Positions 48,771 to 59,590 of a stretch of 64,000 nt of DNA are shown here, piece by piece. The notes under the pieces are model-generated. The model was not told the DNA's origin, searched no databases, and was given only the letters and a program-made list of their open reading frames with translations. How positions within the stretch are numbered: the first letter of the stretch is position 1; every line of letters begins with the position of its first letter. Location of the stretch: contig CAZVXT010000001.1 in NCBI GenBank assembly GCA_964631145.1, forward strand, positions 393,237 to 457,236, in the 5' to 3' direction. A program made the translations under genes and the position numbers. This DNA is from an uncultured Candidatus Saccharibacteria bacterium (GTDB lineage Bacteria > Patescibacteriota > Doudnabacteria > UBA920).

Positions 48771-49310
48771 ATGGAAAATAATCAAATTGCAGTATTTGGA
48801 GGAGGTTGTTTTTGGTGTACTGAGGCGGTTTACCAAAAACTTAAAGGTGTAGATAAAGTTGTATCTGGGTATTCTGGAGGTGATATGGATAATCCCAGCT
48901 ATGAAAAAGTTAGTGGTGGTTCAAGTGGTCATGCAGAAGTAATCCAAATTACTTATGACCCTCAAGTTGTTTCTTATAGGCAGTTATTAGAAGTGTTTTT
49001 CGCTGTGCATGATCCTACAACTTTGAATCAGCAAGGTGCAGATCTGGGCACTCAGTATAGATCCGTTATTTTTTATTTTAATGAAGAGCAGAAAAATGAA
49101 GCAGAGGGCATTATTCAAGAATTAACTAAAGACGGTGCTTATCAAAATCCAATTGTCACCGAAATTAAACCTCTCATACATTTTTATCCAGCAGAAGATT
49201 ATCATCAAAATTACTACAATCAAAATCAGAATCAGCCATATTGCCAAGTCGTCATAAACCCAAAGTTAGATAAATTTAAAAAAACCTTTGCTTCATTACT
49301 TAAAGAGTAA
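48771..49310 (+). CDS. msrA: Peptide-methionine (S)-S-oxide reductase
   Basis: [24 protein letters not shown]. Confidence 0.97.
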   Translation: MENNQIAVFGGGCFWCTEAVYQKLKGVDKVVSGYSGGDMDNPSYEKVSGGSSGHAEVIQITYDPQVVSYRQLLEVFFAVHDPTTLNQQGADLGTQYRSVIFYFNEEQKNEAEGIIQELTKDGAYQNPIVTEIKPLIHFYPAEDYHQNYYNQNQNQPYCQVVINPKLDKFKKTFASLLKE

Positions 49311-49342
49311 AATGCTATAATATGATTAATTAATCATAAAAT

Positions 49343-49690
49343 ATGAAAGCAATTATTCATTGGTTTGTAGCCGCATTGGCAATTATTATTGCTGCATACC
49401 TAATACCTGCCGTAACAGTCAGTGGTTTAATTACAGCTTTGGTTTCGGCTGTGGTATTGGGTGGTTTGAATTTAGTAATTAAACCCTTCTTGGTATTATT
49501 AACGTTGCCCGTTAATGTTATAACTTTAGGCTTGTTCACAATTGTTATTAATGCTTTTTTGGTGTGGTTAGCAAATTTAGTTGTGCCCGGATTTCATGTT
49601 GCTAACTTTGGATGGGCTATAGTATTTGCAGTAGTATTATCTATTGTTAATTTAGTATTTAAATCTATGCAATCCGTAGACAATCGTTAA
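49343..49690 (+). CDS. YvlD-like 4-TM 'phage holin family' protein
   Basis: KPFLVLLTLPVNVITLGLF. Confidence 0.88.
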   Translation: MKAIIHWFVAALAIIIAAYLIPAVTVSGLITALVSAVVLGGLNLVIKPFLVLLTLPVNVITLGLFTIVINAFLVWLANLVVPGFHVANFGWAIVFAVVLSIVNLVFKSMQSVDNR

Positions 49691-49799
49691 GTATAAAATC
49701 CTCTAGCATAACAGAGGATTTTTAACAGATTTTAATTTATTATTTAACATAATATATAGATTGAATATGATATCATAACTAAGTATTAATATAAAAAAT

Positions 49800-50189
49800 A
49801 TGGCTATAAATAAAACTGAAGAAGAATGGCAATCAGAGTTAACTCCCGAACAATATAAAATACTTAGACAAAAATCAACAGAGGCTCCATTTACTGGTAA
49901 ATATCTAGATAATCATGATGAGGGTATGTATACATGCGCTGGTTGTGGACAAACTTTGTTTTCATCTGATGCTAAATTTGATTCTGGGACTGGTTGGCCA
50001 AGTTTTTCGGACCCAGCTAATTTAGAGCACATTAAATTAATTTCAGATGATAGTCATGGTATGCATAGAACAGAAGTTGTTTGTGCAAATTGTGGCGGGC
50101 ACTTGGGGCATGTGTTTGATGATGGTCCTAGTGATAAAGGCGGAAAAAGATATTGCATTAACTCTTGCAGTTTAGAGTTTAAAAAATAA
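49800..50189 (+). CDS. msrB: Peptide-methionine (R)-S-oxide reductase
   Basis: GTGWPSF, HLGHVF, RYCINS. Confidence 0.97.
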   Translation: MAINKTEEEWQSELTPEQYKILRQKSTEAPFTGKYLDNHDEGMYTCAGCGQTLFSSDAKFDSGTGWPSFSDPANLEHIKLISDDSHGMHRTEVVCANCGGHLGHVFDDGPSDKGGKRYCINSCSLEFKK

Positions 50190-50231
50190 AATTTCTAATA
50201 TATAAATCTAATCTAAAGCTAAAACTTTACA

Positions 50232-50582
50232 ATGAATAACTTACAAGACGTTTTTAACAGAATTAAAGAGACTAAAACTAAGCAAAAAGAGATACGAAAA
50301 ATGTATAAAGATTCTTTAGCTCAAAACCAAGCTTATACTCAAATAGTGGAACAGCTTGAAGAGTTAAAGCGCAAGAAAAAAGAAATTGAAAATGAAATTC
50401 AGGGAGAAATGATGGGTGATATGCAAAAGTTAGATGCTTATAAAATGCATGTAAAGACAGATAATGAGATGCTTGCAGATATTGCAATTAATCAATTAAT
50501 GTCTGGCGAAAGAGTAGAGTTAATTGATAATAATGATCAAAAATATGAGCCTGTGTTTAGTGTTAGATTTAAAAAAGCTTAA
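50232..50582 (+). CDS. Coiled-coil hypothetical protein (CPR-type)
   Basis: 116 aa, YEPVFSVRFKK end; terminator 50587-50610. Confidence 0.8.
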   Translation: MNNLQDVFNRIKETKTKQKEIRKMYKDSLAQNQAYTQIVEQLEELKRKKKEIENEIQGEMMGDMQKLDAYKMHVKTDNEMLADIAINQLMSGERVELIDNNDQKYEPVFSVRFKKA

Positions 50583-50612
50583 AATAAAAACCCTCGCTAG
50601 GAGGGTTTTTAT

Positions 50613-51152
50613 TTAGTTGGAAACATTAAATTTGTAATATAGGGTTTTGCCATCTTGTGCCACAGGTTTGTCTAGGTTGTTAGTAGGATCAAACTTTTTG
50701 TTATTATTGCTATCCAAATAAAGACTTGCAAAGTAAGTTCTTCCTGCTTGAAGTTTTACTGGAAATTCTAAATCTTGTCCACTACCAGAATTAAGCCAAG
50801 AGCTTTGCGCAATAATGCTGCCTGGTTTTCCATCAGCTGTGCTACTAGAAATAACTATAAACCCTGGCTTTTCTAAATAAAAATTATCTATATTTACAGA
50901 ATTACCGCTAATCTGTGTACTGATAGCTAAGGCGCTGTTATTAAGTAGTTCATTGGTTGCTGTACCTGGTTTTGAGTTATCGATATTGGCTGAGTTCGTA
51001 TCTTGAGTGTTATTACTTGTATTTTGAGTTGTGCTCATATTGGATGTAGAGGTTGGGCTTTTTTCAGAGTAATAAATCCATGCAAGTACTCCCAAAATAA
51101 TTATCGTTGCTAAGATCAAAAATGGTCTTAACTTTAAAAAGTTTTTATTCAT
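50613..51152 (-). CDS. Membrane-anchored hypothetical protein
   Basis: TM, S/T/N linker, beta domain with DSNNNKKFD. Confidence 0.8.
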   Translation of the reverse strand: MNKNFLKLRPFLILATIIILGVLAWIYYSEKSPTSTSNMSTTQNTSNNTQDTNSANIDNSKPGTATNELLNNSALAISTQISGNSVNIDNFYLEKPGFIVISSSTADGKPGSIIAQSSWLNSGSGQDLEFPVKLQAGRTYFASLYLDSNNNKKFDPTNNLDKPVAQDGKTLYYKFNVSN

Positions 51153-51256
51153 ATATTTTGAAATTATATAACTATTATAGCACGGCTTGTCAAAATATGT
51201 TTTTTATTTTACAATGGACACATGAAAATGTTATTTAGCTTTTAGGAGGTATATTA

Positions 51257-51622
51257 ATGAGAGAAAGCGAATATGAATTTTGGGCTCATCCCGAAAGAGC
51301 AGCTTTTGAACCCGATGTGCAAAAGTTAACCAAAGACGTTTATGAAGAGTTGTTAAAAAATAAAGACAACCTGCCAGGAGATAATCGTCAATTAGGAAAA
51401 CTAACTATTATAAAAAATGTAGATGGATCCGGTTATAATTTTGCTAGATGGGAAAATGGTTTTGGAGACGCACTAACAGCAGCTCCATTAGATGCAAGCG
51501 AGCAAATTTTAATCAAAGCGTTTGCTGATCCAGACTTTTTATTTTTACATCCAAAGACAAATGAACCCGTATTTAGAGACGATGACTCTAATCCTTATAA
51601 AGGCATGTGGTTAAAAAAATAA
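51257..51622 (+). CDS. Hypothetical protein (orphan, SD-led)
   Basis: AGGAGGT RBS, TTGTCA-17-TACAAT, terminator 51628-51650. Confidence 0.78.
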   Translation: MRESEYEFWAHPERAAFEPDVQKLTKDVYEELLKNKDNLPGDNRQLGKLTIIKNVDGSGYNFARWENGFGDALTAAPLDASEQILIKAFADPDFLFLHPKTNEPVFRDDDSNPYKGMWLKK

Positions 51623-51724
51623 ATTAAGCGGCATATTATATGCCGTTTTTATTTTGTAATAATACTTGAAAATGAAATTAATTTAACGGATATTCTGTAT
51701 TAAAATTGTGGTAAAATAAGATAT

Positions 51725-52819
51725 ATGAAAATTGCTATAGAAGCAGAGAGGGCAAACAATCCAGTAAAAACAGGTGTAGAGCATTATGCAAAGCAGTTAA
51801 TTTTGCATATGGCTAGGTTAGATAATATCAATGATTTTGTCTTATATTTAAGAACTGAGCCGGAAAGATGGATTAAGGATTTGCCTAATAACTTTATAAC
51901 TAAAATTATATCTTTTCCATTGTTCTGGACTCAGGTTCGTTTGAGTTTGGCAATGCTTTTTGATCGACCAGACTGCCTGTTTGTACCTGCTTCCGCCATG
52001 CCTATAATTAGTCCAAAAGCATCAGTAGTTACTATCCATGATTGTGCGTGGGTTTATTATCCAGAGGCATTTACAAAAAATATGAGGCGTTATTTACATT
52101 ATTCGACCAAGTTTGCAGTTTGGAAAGCTAAAAGGGTTATCGCGGTTTCTGAGTCCACTAAAAATGATCTAGTCAAATATTATAGAGTTAATCCTAATAA
52201 AGTTGATGTGATTTTACATGGCTATGAAGAAGTCCAAAAAGACTTTTCAAAATTAAGCACTGAAGTTTCGGCTAAATTACCGGAAAAGTATATTTTATTT
52301 TTATCTACATTGCAGCCGCGCAAAAATCTACCAGCTTTAATAAATGCATTTGCAGAATTAAAAAAAACTCACCCAGAGCTACCGCACAAGCTAGTGGTGG
52401 TAGGAAAGCCTGGATGGCAATATGAGGAAAGTCTTGAAGCTATTAAGCAACATCAAGATGTAGTTGTGTATTTAAACCATGTTAGCGATGATGATCGTTG
52501 GCCAATATACAATAGGGCAAGTTTATTTATTCATCCTAGTTTATATGAAGGTTTTGGTATGTGGATGCTCGAAGCTTTTGAATGTGGTGTTCCTGTTGCA
52601 GTAAGTAATGTTTCTAGTTTGCCTGAAGTTGGTGGAGATGCTGCAATATATTTTGATCCAAAAAATTCAGATTCCATCAAACAGGCAATCTTAAAAGTTT
52701 TAACAGATGACGTATTTGCAGAGCAGCTAAGGCAAAAAGGATATCAAAGATTAAAGGATTTCTCATGGGAGAAGTGCGCTCAGCAAACAATAGAATCTTT
52801 GAAAAATTCGTTAAGATAG
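51725..52819 (+). CDS. Glycosyltransferase family 4
   Basis: TIHD, PRKN, PSLYEGFG..EA. Confidence 0.92.
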   Translation: MKIAIEAERANNPVKTGVEHYAKQLILHMARLDNINDFVLYLRTEPERWIKDLPNNFITKIISFPLFWTQVRLSLAMLFDRPDCLFVPASAMPIISPKASVVTIHDCAWVYYPEAFTKNMRRYLHYSTKFAVWKAKRVIAVSESTKNDLVKYYRVNPNKVDVILHGYEEVQKDFSKLSTEVSAKLPEKYILFLSTLQPRKNLPALINAFAELKKTHPELPHKLVVVGKPGWQYEESLEAIKQHQDVVVYLNHVSDDDRWPIYNRASLFIHPSLYEGFGMWMLEAFECGVPVAVSNVSSLPEVGGDAAIYFDPKNSDSIKQAILKVLTDDVFAEQLRQKGYQRLKDFSWEKCAQQTIESLKNSLR

Positions 52820-52850
52820 GGAAGCGTGTAAATTGCTAACTAAAAAATTA

Positions 52851-54452
52851 ATGTTTGATAATAAAATTGTTAGAAATTTTATAGGAGGATTTTTATTATT
52901 GCAATTTCTTGTGGTTGGTTTAATTGCAGTTGGTGTTGCTAGTACAAGTTGGTTATGGCTGTTACTTTCAATTTTTGTTGCTGCTTTTATATATTTGCAA
53001 ATTGAGGATTCGATAAAATTATTTATTTTATCAATACCGTTTTTTATTATGTCTCCATTTGTTGGGCAGGTGCAAGTGCCAATTTGGAGACCGTTACTGA
53101 TTTTTTTATTTACTGTAATGATTGTAAAAATTGTATGGGGTTACGGAGTTAAAGGTGGTATTCTAGGTGCAATTAAAAATGCTTATAATTATTTACTAAC
53201 TTATGAGAAGTTATTAGTAGTATTTTTCTTTTTAGCAATATGCTCTGTGTTATGGTCAAGGTTTGGTAGTCACGCAATATCGCAAATAATCTTTTTGATA
53301 AACGCCGGGATCCTTTATTTGATTGTGAGAATTAGTGTTAATGAAAATAATTTTAAACATTATTTAAAAGCTTTTAAGGTATCTTTATTGATTATAATTG
53401 CTCTAGGATTTTTGCAGTATACACTTAGTTTATTTGCAAGTCCTTATTACTTTTGGCAATATTGGGCAACTTTAGTATCTTCTACATATTATGGTCAATA
53501 TTTAGGCAATGTGTTAACTTATTCTAATTCGTGGTTTTCTGCTGATGGAGCAGGTAATTCGCTTCGAATGTTTGGAATATTGCAAGACACACATGCTTTT
53601 GCAGTGATGGGTATTTTCGCTATTTCTCTTTGGATTAGTGTTGCGACTAAGCTTCCTCCACAAGAAAATATAAAAAGTTTTTTTAAACAACAGTCATGGA
53701 AGTGGTGGATTGGTTTGGTGTTGTTATGCTTTGCAATTATTGCTTCGGGGACGAGAGGTGTTTGGGTAGCTATGTTTGTACCAACCTTAGTAGCGCTGTA
53801 TTTAATTTTTACAAATCGTCAGAAAATTATTGGTTATGCTCAAATTATAGTTACGGCTTTGATTATTTTGCTCTTTATAATTTCACCTTATATTACGATG
53901 GGGCTTAATTATTTAAGAACCATTAATTCTGATGATAATTTTTTGAGTCGGGCGAGCAGTATATATGATCTAGATGAGTCATCTAATGCCGGGAGAATTG
54001 AAATGTGGAAAAATAGTGTTAGTTATGGACTTCGTCATCCATTAGGTGCTGGATACGGAAATTTTATTACTAGCATTTCGGATAACGTAAGTGATTATAA
54101 TCAAGTTGCTGAAGTAAATAATAAAAAATATAACTTACCTCAAAAATATATCACAGCACATAGTTTATATTTGCAAATCCTGGTTGAACTGGGTTGGGCA
54201 GGTATAATCTTATTTGGCTTGATTGGTTTAAATTTTTTCTGGAATGTTTGGTTGGCTTTGAGTGATGCAAATAAAATTTCTTCATTAAATAAATGGATAT
54301 TGGCAAATTTATCTTTTGCGGTGTTGTGGGTTTTGGCATATGGATTTTTTGATGTGACAATTTTAAATGAGCGTGTTTTATTATATTTATTTGCAATCTT
54401 GGCTATCATGCCATATTTGCTGACAAATAATGTTATACTAAAAAAGAATTAA
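52851..54452 (+). CDS. O-antigen ligase/polymerase family protein
   Basis: SGTRG, SNAGRIEMW, AHSLYLQILVELG. Confidence 0.88.
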   Translation: MFDNKIVRNFIGGFLLLQFLVVGLIAVGVASTSWLWLLLSIFVAAFIYLQIEDSIKLFILSIPFFIMSPFVGQVQVPIWRPLLIFLFTVMIVKIVWGYGVKGGILGAIKNAYNYLLTYEKLLVVFFFLAICSVLWSRFGSHAISQIIFLINAGILYLIVRISVNENNFKHYLKAFKVSLLIIIALGFLQYTLSLFASPYYFWQYWATLVSSTYYGQYLGNVLTYSNSWFSADGAGNSLRMFGILQDTHAFAVMGIFAISLWISVATKLPPQENIKSFFKQQSWKWWIGLVLLCFAIIASGTRGVWVAMFVPTLVALYLIFTNRQKIIGYAQIIVTALIILLFIISPYITMGLNYLRTINSDDNFLSRASSIYDLDESSNAGRIEMWKNSVSYGLRHPLGAGYGNFITSISDNVSDYNQVAEVNNKKYNLPQKYITAHSLYLQILVELGWAGIILFGLIGLNFFWNVWLALSDANKISSLNKWILANLSFAVLWVLAYGFFDVTILNERVLLYLFAILAIMPYLLTNNVILKKN

Positions 54453-54463
54453 TCTAAATATTT

Positions 54464-55714
54464 GTGGAAAATCAAGAACAAAATTTAAATACTAATAACT
54501 CTTTGTCTAACCAACAACGTAAGTATATTTATATAGCCTTAACTATTTTATTGGCAATTGGTATCTTTCGCATTGGTTATTCGTTTGGGCAACGCGGTTA
54601 TGTATTTTCTGCTTCAGATTTTAAAGTAACTTCACAAACAAATAGCAGTCCGGCAAATTACAGTTTGCTTTGGCAAGCTTTGGATATTGTGAAGAGTAAA
54701 TATATCGATCGCAATAATATCGATCAGCAAAAAGTATTATATGGTGCAATTAGAGGTGCTGTATCGGCTGCTGGCGATGAATATACAGAGTTTTTTGACC
54801 CAAAAACATTGTCAGAATTTAGAACTGAGTTACAAGGATCTTTTAGTGGTATTGGTGCCGAAATTGGTAAGCGTAATGGTAATATTGTAATAATCGCGCC
54901 AATAGACGACACTCCAGCAAGCAAAGCTGGATTGCAAGCTCAAGATGTAATTGTATCTATTGACGGCACTTCGACCGCAGAAATGTCTACAGATGAAGCA
55001 GTTGGAAAAATCCGTGGTCAATCCGGAACTTCTGTAAAATTAACTATATATCGTGAAGGGAAAACTGGAACTTTTGATGTGACTATAGTTAGACAAAAAA
55101 TTGAAATAAAAAGCGTTAAGTTAAATTACAAAGAGCAATCTGGAAAAAAAGTTGCTGTAATTACGATATCTCGATTTGGCGATGATACTGAAGAATTATT
55201 TGAGAATGCGGTTAAAGATATTCAGGCGCAAAAACCATCAGCTATTATATTAGATTTAAGAAATGATCCAGGAGGTTATCTAAATGTTGCAGTTGATATT
55301 GCTTCTGATTGGCTAGAAAAAGATCAGCTTGTAGTAAAAGAAGAGCGTAGTGATAAAGATGTAAATAATTTCACATCCACGGGAATTAATCGCCTTGGTG
55401 GGTATAAAACCTTTGTATTGCTAAATAAAGGCAGTGCCTCTGCTTCAGAAATTTTGGCAGGCGCTCTAAGAGATCATCAAAAGGCAGTTATTATTGGAGA
55501 AAAAAGTTTTGGAAAGGGTAGTGTCCAAGAATTGGTTCCACTTGGTAAAGATATGGCTGTAAAAGTTACGGTTGCAAAATGGATAACACCGTCAGGACAG
55601 CATTTAAATAAAGATGGTATAGATCCGAATATCAAAGTAGAGCTTAAAGAGGATGATGTAAATAATAAGAGAGATCCACAAATGGATCGAGCTTTGCAAG
55701 AAAGTGTTAAATAA
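54464..55714 (+). CDS. ctpA: S41 carboxyl-terminal processing protease
   Basis: PDZ GIGA, DLRNDPGG, SASASE, GKGSVQ. Confidence 0.92.
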   Translation: MENQEQNLNTNNSLSNQQRKYIYIALTILLAIGIFRIGYSFGQRGYVFSASDFKVTSQTNSSPANYSLLWQALDIVKSKYIDRNNIDQQKVLYGAIRGAVSAAGDEYTEFFDPKTLSEFRTELQGSFSGIGAEIGKRNGNIVIIAPIDDTPASKAGLQAQDVIVSIDGTSTAEMSTDEAVGKIRGQSGTSVKLTIYREGKTGTFDVTIVRQKIEIKSVKLNYKEQSGKKVAVITISRFGDDTEELFENAVKDIQAQKPSAIILDLRNDPGGYLNVAVDIASDWLEKDQLVVKEERSDKDVNNFTSTGINRLGGYKTFVLLNKGSASASEILAGALRDHQKAVIIGEKSFGKGSVQELVPLGKDMAVKVTVAKWITPSGQHLNKDGIDPNIKVELKEDDVNNKRDPQMDRALQESVK

Positions 55715-55717
55715 AAT

Positions 55718-55749
55718 AAAACTCAAGAGAATAATCTCTTGAGTTTTTT
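55718..55749. terminator. Bidirectional terminator
   Basis: AAAACTCAAGAGA..TCTCTTGAGTTTT. Confidence 0.8.
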
Positions 55750-55778
55750 AAATATAATTTTACTTTAGAAAAATTATA

Positions 55779-56549
55779 TTAATTAGATATTAATACTCCT
55801 TCTAGATTCATCCAAGCTGGGTGGTTATTCGCAGTATTTGGTATTATTGGCGTCCATCCTTGTTGTCCTGAAAAATAACCCGTTCTTATACCTTGGTGCC
55901 TTGTTAAAACGGGGATACAAGTATTTCCTCCCATCCAACTTTCTTCTTGAAGTAAAATAGTATAGTTTTCTAAGGTGGAAATGTCCCACAAAAACCATTC
56001 TTCGTATGCCGAATTTTTTTGATTTATAACATTTGATAAAAAATCTAATGTTCCCCAGTAAGATATGCTTTTTACTGTGAGATTCATAGCGGTAGACTTT
56101 TTAGAGATATGTGTTGCGGTTTGTAAAATATCAGTTGGACAAAATCGAGTCCTGTTTTTCGGATCACCAATATTGGTAACAAATACCTCCTCACAGAATT
56201 CTCTGATGGCGGTTAATTTAGGATTCTTACCTTCTGCCAATCCTTGTCCCAAACCTACTGGAATTGGTTTATCCCATTCATATCTTTCATCGTAAGCACA
56301 TACAAAACCAAAAGCAGTTTTAATAGCAATTCCGGCACCAAGTCTGTAAACCCCAATTTTATAAGCATTTTCTGCAAAGTTATCAGTGATCTTTGATAAT
56401 AAAAAATCATTAATTAAGAATATATTTCCACCTTTTTTAAAATATAATGGTATTCCATTTACTTTATCATCACAATAATTATTATCGTTTTGTAAAAATG
56501 TTTTGACTTCTAAGTTAAGGTCTTTATAAAGAATATTTCCTTTTATCAT
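55779..56549 (-). CDS. Divergent NUDIX-like protein (orphan, SD-led)
   Basis: CAGGAGG RBS; G..EGKNPKLTAIREFCEEV Nudix-box-like. Confidence 0.68.
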   Translation of the reverse strand: MIKGNILYKDLNLEVKTFLQNDNNYCDDKVNGIPLYFKKGGNIFLINDFLLSKITDNFAENAYKIGVYRLGAGIAIKTAFGFVCAYDERYEWDKPIPVGLGQGLAEGKNPKLTAIREFCEEVFVTNIGDPKNRTRFCPTDILQTATHISKKSTAMNLTVKSISYWGTLDFLSNVINQKNSAYEEWFLWDISTLENYTILLQEESWMGGNTCIPVLTRHQGIRTGYFSGQQGWTPIIPNTANNHPAWMNLEGVLISN

Positions 56550-56724
56550 ATTTCCTCCTGTATAATTTAATCACATAAAATGATCATTCATATTAACGTA
56601 TATTAATTATAGGAGCAATAGCTGTAAAAGAATGCACTTGATATTATGATGTTAATATGATATAATTTATAATCTTAATTTAACTTAAGATTATAAGTAA
56701 AAATTTGAATAAAACGGAGGCATT

Positions 56725-57348
56725 ATGATTGACATACCAGAAGGTTTTGTATTTAAAAATCGTATTTCAGCAAATAAAGAAAATTGCACTTTTCCCTTGT
56801 ATGACGAAGTGGTAAATAAAATTAAAAACCCTTTTATCATGACTGCTGGTGGTGTCAACAAAGAAAAGAAATCAGAGACAATAGCAAAGATGCAAAAAAT
56901 TTCTGATGTGATTAAAAATAAAAACTACATTGATTACTGGGGGGTTGGTGGACATATCTCAATTGAGTTAGGTCTAAACGTTAGCTATCAGCAAATAGAA
57001 TTAATACCAGAATTGCCTATAAGAGAAGTTAAGCTTGTATCAATAACTCCTTATGATTTGGGGTTTAGAGATTTTGTTACAAGACAAAATATTGTAGATG
57101 CGGGAAAGGGGATTGGTTTAAAAGAGTGCGAGTTTGATATTCCTTTTAGTTATATTTTGGAGATTCGAGAATTAAATGACAATGAGTATTATCAAATTGC
57201 ATCCCCTTCTTTAAATGGAGTTTGTTTTACTTTAACAAATAAGAAGCAAACCGAGGATCCATTAATACCAGGATGTATTAATGGTGATATTAAGCCAGAT
57301 ACTTCAAGGTATAATATTTGGGATGAATGGTTATTTGTCATTCCGTAA
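56725..57348 (+). CDS. Hypothetical protein (SD-led)
   Basis: GGAGG RBS, TTGATA-17-TATAAT, terminator 57355-57380. Confidence 0.78.
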   Translation: MIDIPEGFVFKNRISANKENCTFPLYDEVVNKIKNPFIMTAGGVNKEKKSETIAKMQKISDVIKNKNYIDYWGVGGHISIELGLNVSYQQIELIPELPIREVKLVSITPYDLGFRDFVTRQNIVDAGKGIGLKECEFDIPFSYILEIRELNDNEYYQIASPSLNGVCFTLTNKKQTEDPLIPGCINGDIKPDTSRYNIWDEWLFVIP

Positions 57349-57411
57349 TCATTGGGCTTGGATTAACCAAGCCTTTTTTTATTGAGATTTTTTAGATATA
57401 CTATAAATATT

Positions 57412-59193
57412 ATGAAGTATATTACAGCATCTGAGCTCCGTACAAAATGGCTCGAATTTTTTAAATCTAAAAACCACACAATAATTCCATCTAGTTCATT
57501 GGTTCCTGAAAACGATCCAACTGTACTTTTTACTATGGCTGGAATGTTCCCACTTGTTCCTTATTTAATGGGTCAAGAGCATCCAGGTGGTAATAGAATC
57601 GCAAATGTACAAAAATGTATACGCACAATAGACATTGATGATGTGGGTGATAATACTCACTTAACTTTCTTTGAAATGATGGGTAATTGGAGCTTCGGTG
57701 ATTATTTTAAAAAAGAAGCTATTGAATGGAGTTTTGAATTTTTAACATCTCCACAGTGGCTTGGTGTACCTTTGCAGCGTTTAGCCTTTTCTGTTTTTGC
57801 AGGAGATGAAGACGCGCCCTTTGATGAAGAAAGTTATGAACATTGGAAGCGCCTTGGTGTGCCAGAGTCTCGCATCGCAAAGTTGCCTAAAGAGGATAAT
57901 TGGTGGATTGCCGGAGAAACTGGACCATGTGGTCCAGATACAGAAATGTTTTTCTGGATCGATAGCAGTACTCCTGCGCCAGAAAGTTTTCAAGACACCA
58001 AAGATGATAAGCGCTGGGTAGAAATTTGGAATGATGTCTTTATGCAGTTTGAAAAGAAGTCTGATGGATCTCTTGTACCATTAGAAAAGCAAAACGTTGA
58101 TACTGGAATGGGATTGGATCGCGTAGTTGCTGTGTTAAATGGTCATAAGTCTGTTTATGATACAGAGTTTTTTACATCCATGTTTGAAGTTATTGGTAAA
58201 AGTCAGGAAGTTTTGTCTGGTGATGAAATTCGTAAAGCTCGTATTATTGTTGACCATATTCGCGCTAGTGTGTTTATTGCAGGTGATGGAGTTGAGCCGT
58301 CTAATAAAGAACGTGGATATATTTTACGCCGTTTAATTCGCCGTAGCAGTGTTTATGCTAAGCAGTTAAATTTGCACCCTACTTGGATGAAGGCTCTAAT
58401 CGGTAAAGTCATGGAAGAATATAATAGTAGTTACCCAGAGTTAGTCACAAATTCTGAAAAAATATTTTCAGCTTTAGAAGGAGAATTGGCAAAATTTGAA
58501 AAGACTTTAGAAAAAGGACTTAAAGAGTTTGAAAAGCTTTTTCAAAAGCAAAACAAAGTAACAGGAACTGATGCATTTAATTTGTATCAGACTTTTGGTT
58601 TTCCTCTAGAACTTACTGTAGAACTTGCTCAAAGTTTTGGACAAGATGTTGATAAAGAAGAGTTTGCTACAGAATTTAAGAAGCACCAGGATTTAAGCAG
58701 AACAGCCAGTAGCGGAACTTTTAAAGGAGGTTTAGCAGATCATTCCGAAATTGTAGTTAGGTATCATACTGCAACTCATTTGCTTCACAAGGCTTTGCGC
58801 GATGTATTAGGTACTGACGTTTGGCAAAAAGGAAGTAATATAAATGCAGAACGTACTCGTTTTGATTTTACATATCCTCAAAAAATGACTGATGATCAAA
58901 AAAAGCAAGTAGAAGATTTGGTTAATAAATGGATTGAGCTAGATGCTGATATGAAGCAAGAAATGATGCCTCTTGATAAAGCGCGCGAACTTGGTGCTAT
59001 TGGTTTGTTCGGTGAAAAATATGCTGATACTGTTTCTATTTACACTGCAACAGATAAAGATGGAAATGTTATTTCTAGAGAATTTTGCGGTGGTCCACAC
59101 GTTACTCATACTGGAGCTGTTGGTAAATTTAAAATTATAAAAGAAGAAGCTGTTTCTAGCGGCGTCCGCCGCATAAAAGCTGTTATTGAATAA
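57412..59193 (+). CDS. alaS: Alanine--tRNA ligase (short form lacking C-Ala domain)
   Basis: HLTFFEMMGN, GPCGP, DTGMG, HTATH, CGGPH, GVRRIKA end. Confidence 0.96.
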   Translation: MKYITASELRTKWLEFFKSKNHTIIPSSSLVPENDPTVLFTMAGMFPLVPYLMGQEHPGGNRIANVQKCIRTIDIDDVGDNTHLTFFEMMGNWSFGDYFKKEAIEWSFEFLTSPQWLGVPLQRLAFSVFAGDEDAPFDEESYEHWKRLGVPESRIAKLPKEDNWWIAGETGPCGPDTEMFFWIDSSTPAPESFQDTKDDKRWVEIWNDVFMQFEKKSDGSLVPLEKQNVDTGMGLDRVVAVLNGHKSVYDTEFFTSMFEVIGKSQEVLSGDEIRKARIIVDHIRASVFIAGDGVEPSNKERGYILRRLIRRSSVYAKQLNLHPTWMKALIGKVMEEYNSSYPELVTNSEKIFSALEGELAKFEKTLEKGLKEFEKLFQKQNKVTGTDAFNLYQTFGFPLELTVELAQSFGQDVDKEEFATEFKKHQDLSRTASSGTFKGGLADHSEIVVRYHTATHLLHKALRDVLGTDVWQKGSNINAERTRFDFTYPQKMTDDQKKQVEDLVNKWIELDADMKQEMMPLDKARELGAIGLFGEKYADTVSIYTATDKDGNVISREFCGGPHVTHTGAVGKFKIIKEEAVSSGVRRIKAVIE

Positions 59194-59203
59194 AATATAA
59201 AAT

Positions 59204-59572
59204 ATGATATCCAAAATTGACCATATTGTAATATCAGTAAAAAATTTAAATAAAAGTATAAAATTTTATGAAAGTTTTTTGGGTAAAGCAAAGGTTGGTA
59301 AAGAAGATGCTTTTTGGAATTTTTCTGGTACTAAATTTTTTCTTACATACCCATATAAGAAGTCGGTACAAAAATTTGATAAAAGTAATTTAGGACTAAA
59401 TCATATTGCTTTTACTGTTCAATCTATAGCAGCTTTAAAGCGTTTAAAATCTAAATTAGATAAGGCAAAAATCCAAAATAGTGGAATTATAATAGATAAA
59501 TATTCTAATAAAGAATTTATATGGTTTGATGATCCCGATAAAATTCGTTTAGAATTTTATTTAAGAAATTAA
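59204..59572 (+). CDS. VOC/glyoxalase family protein
   Basis: IDHIVI, GLNHIAF, DPDKIRLE. Confidence 0.88.
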   Translation: MISKIDHIVISVKNLNKSIKFYESFLGKAKVGKEDAFWNFSGTKFFLTYPYKKSVQKFDKSNLGLNHIAFTVQSIAALKRLKSKLDKAKIQNSGIIIDKYSNKEFIWFDDPDKIRLEFYLRN

Positions 59573-59590
59573 AAATCCAAAAAAACAAAA

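Noticed and set aside
57412-59193. alaS as a truncated pseudogene
   Set aside because: Ends cleanly after the editing domain; C-Ala-less AlaRS is a known short form
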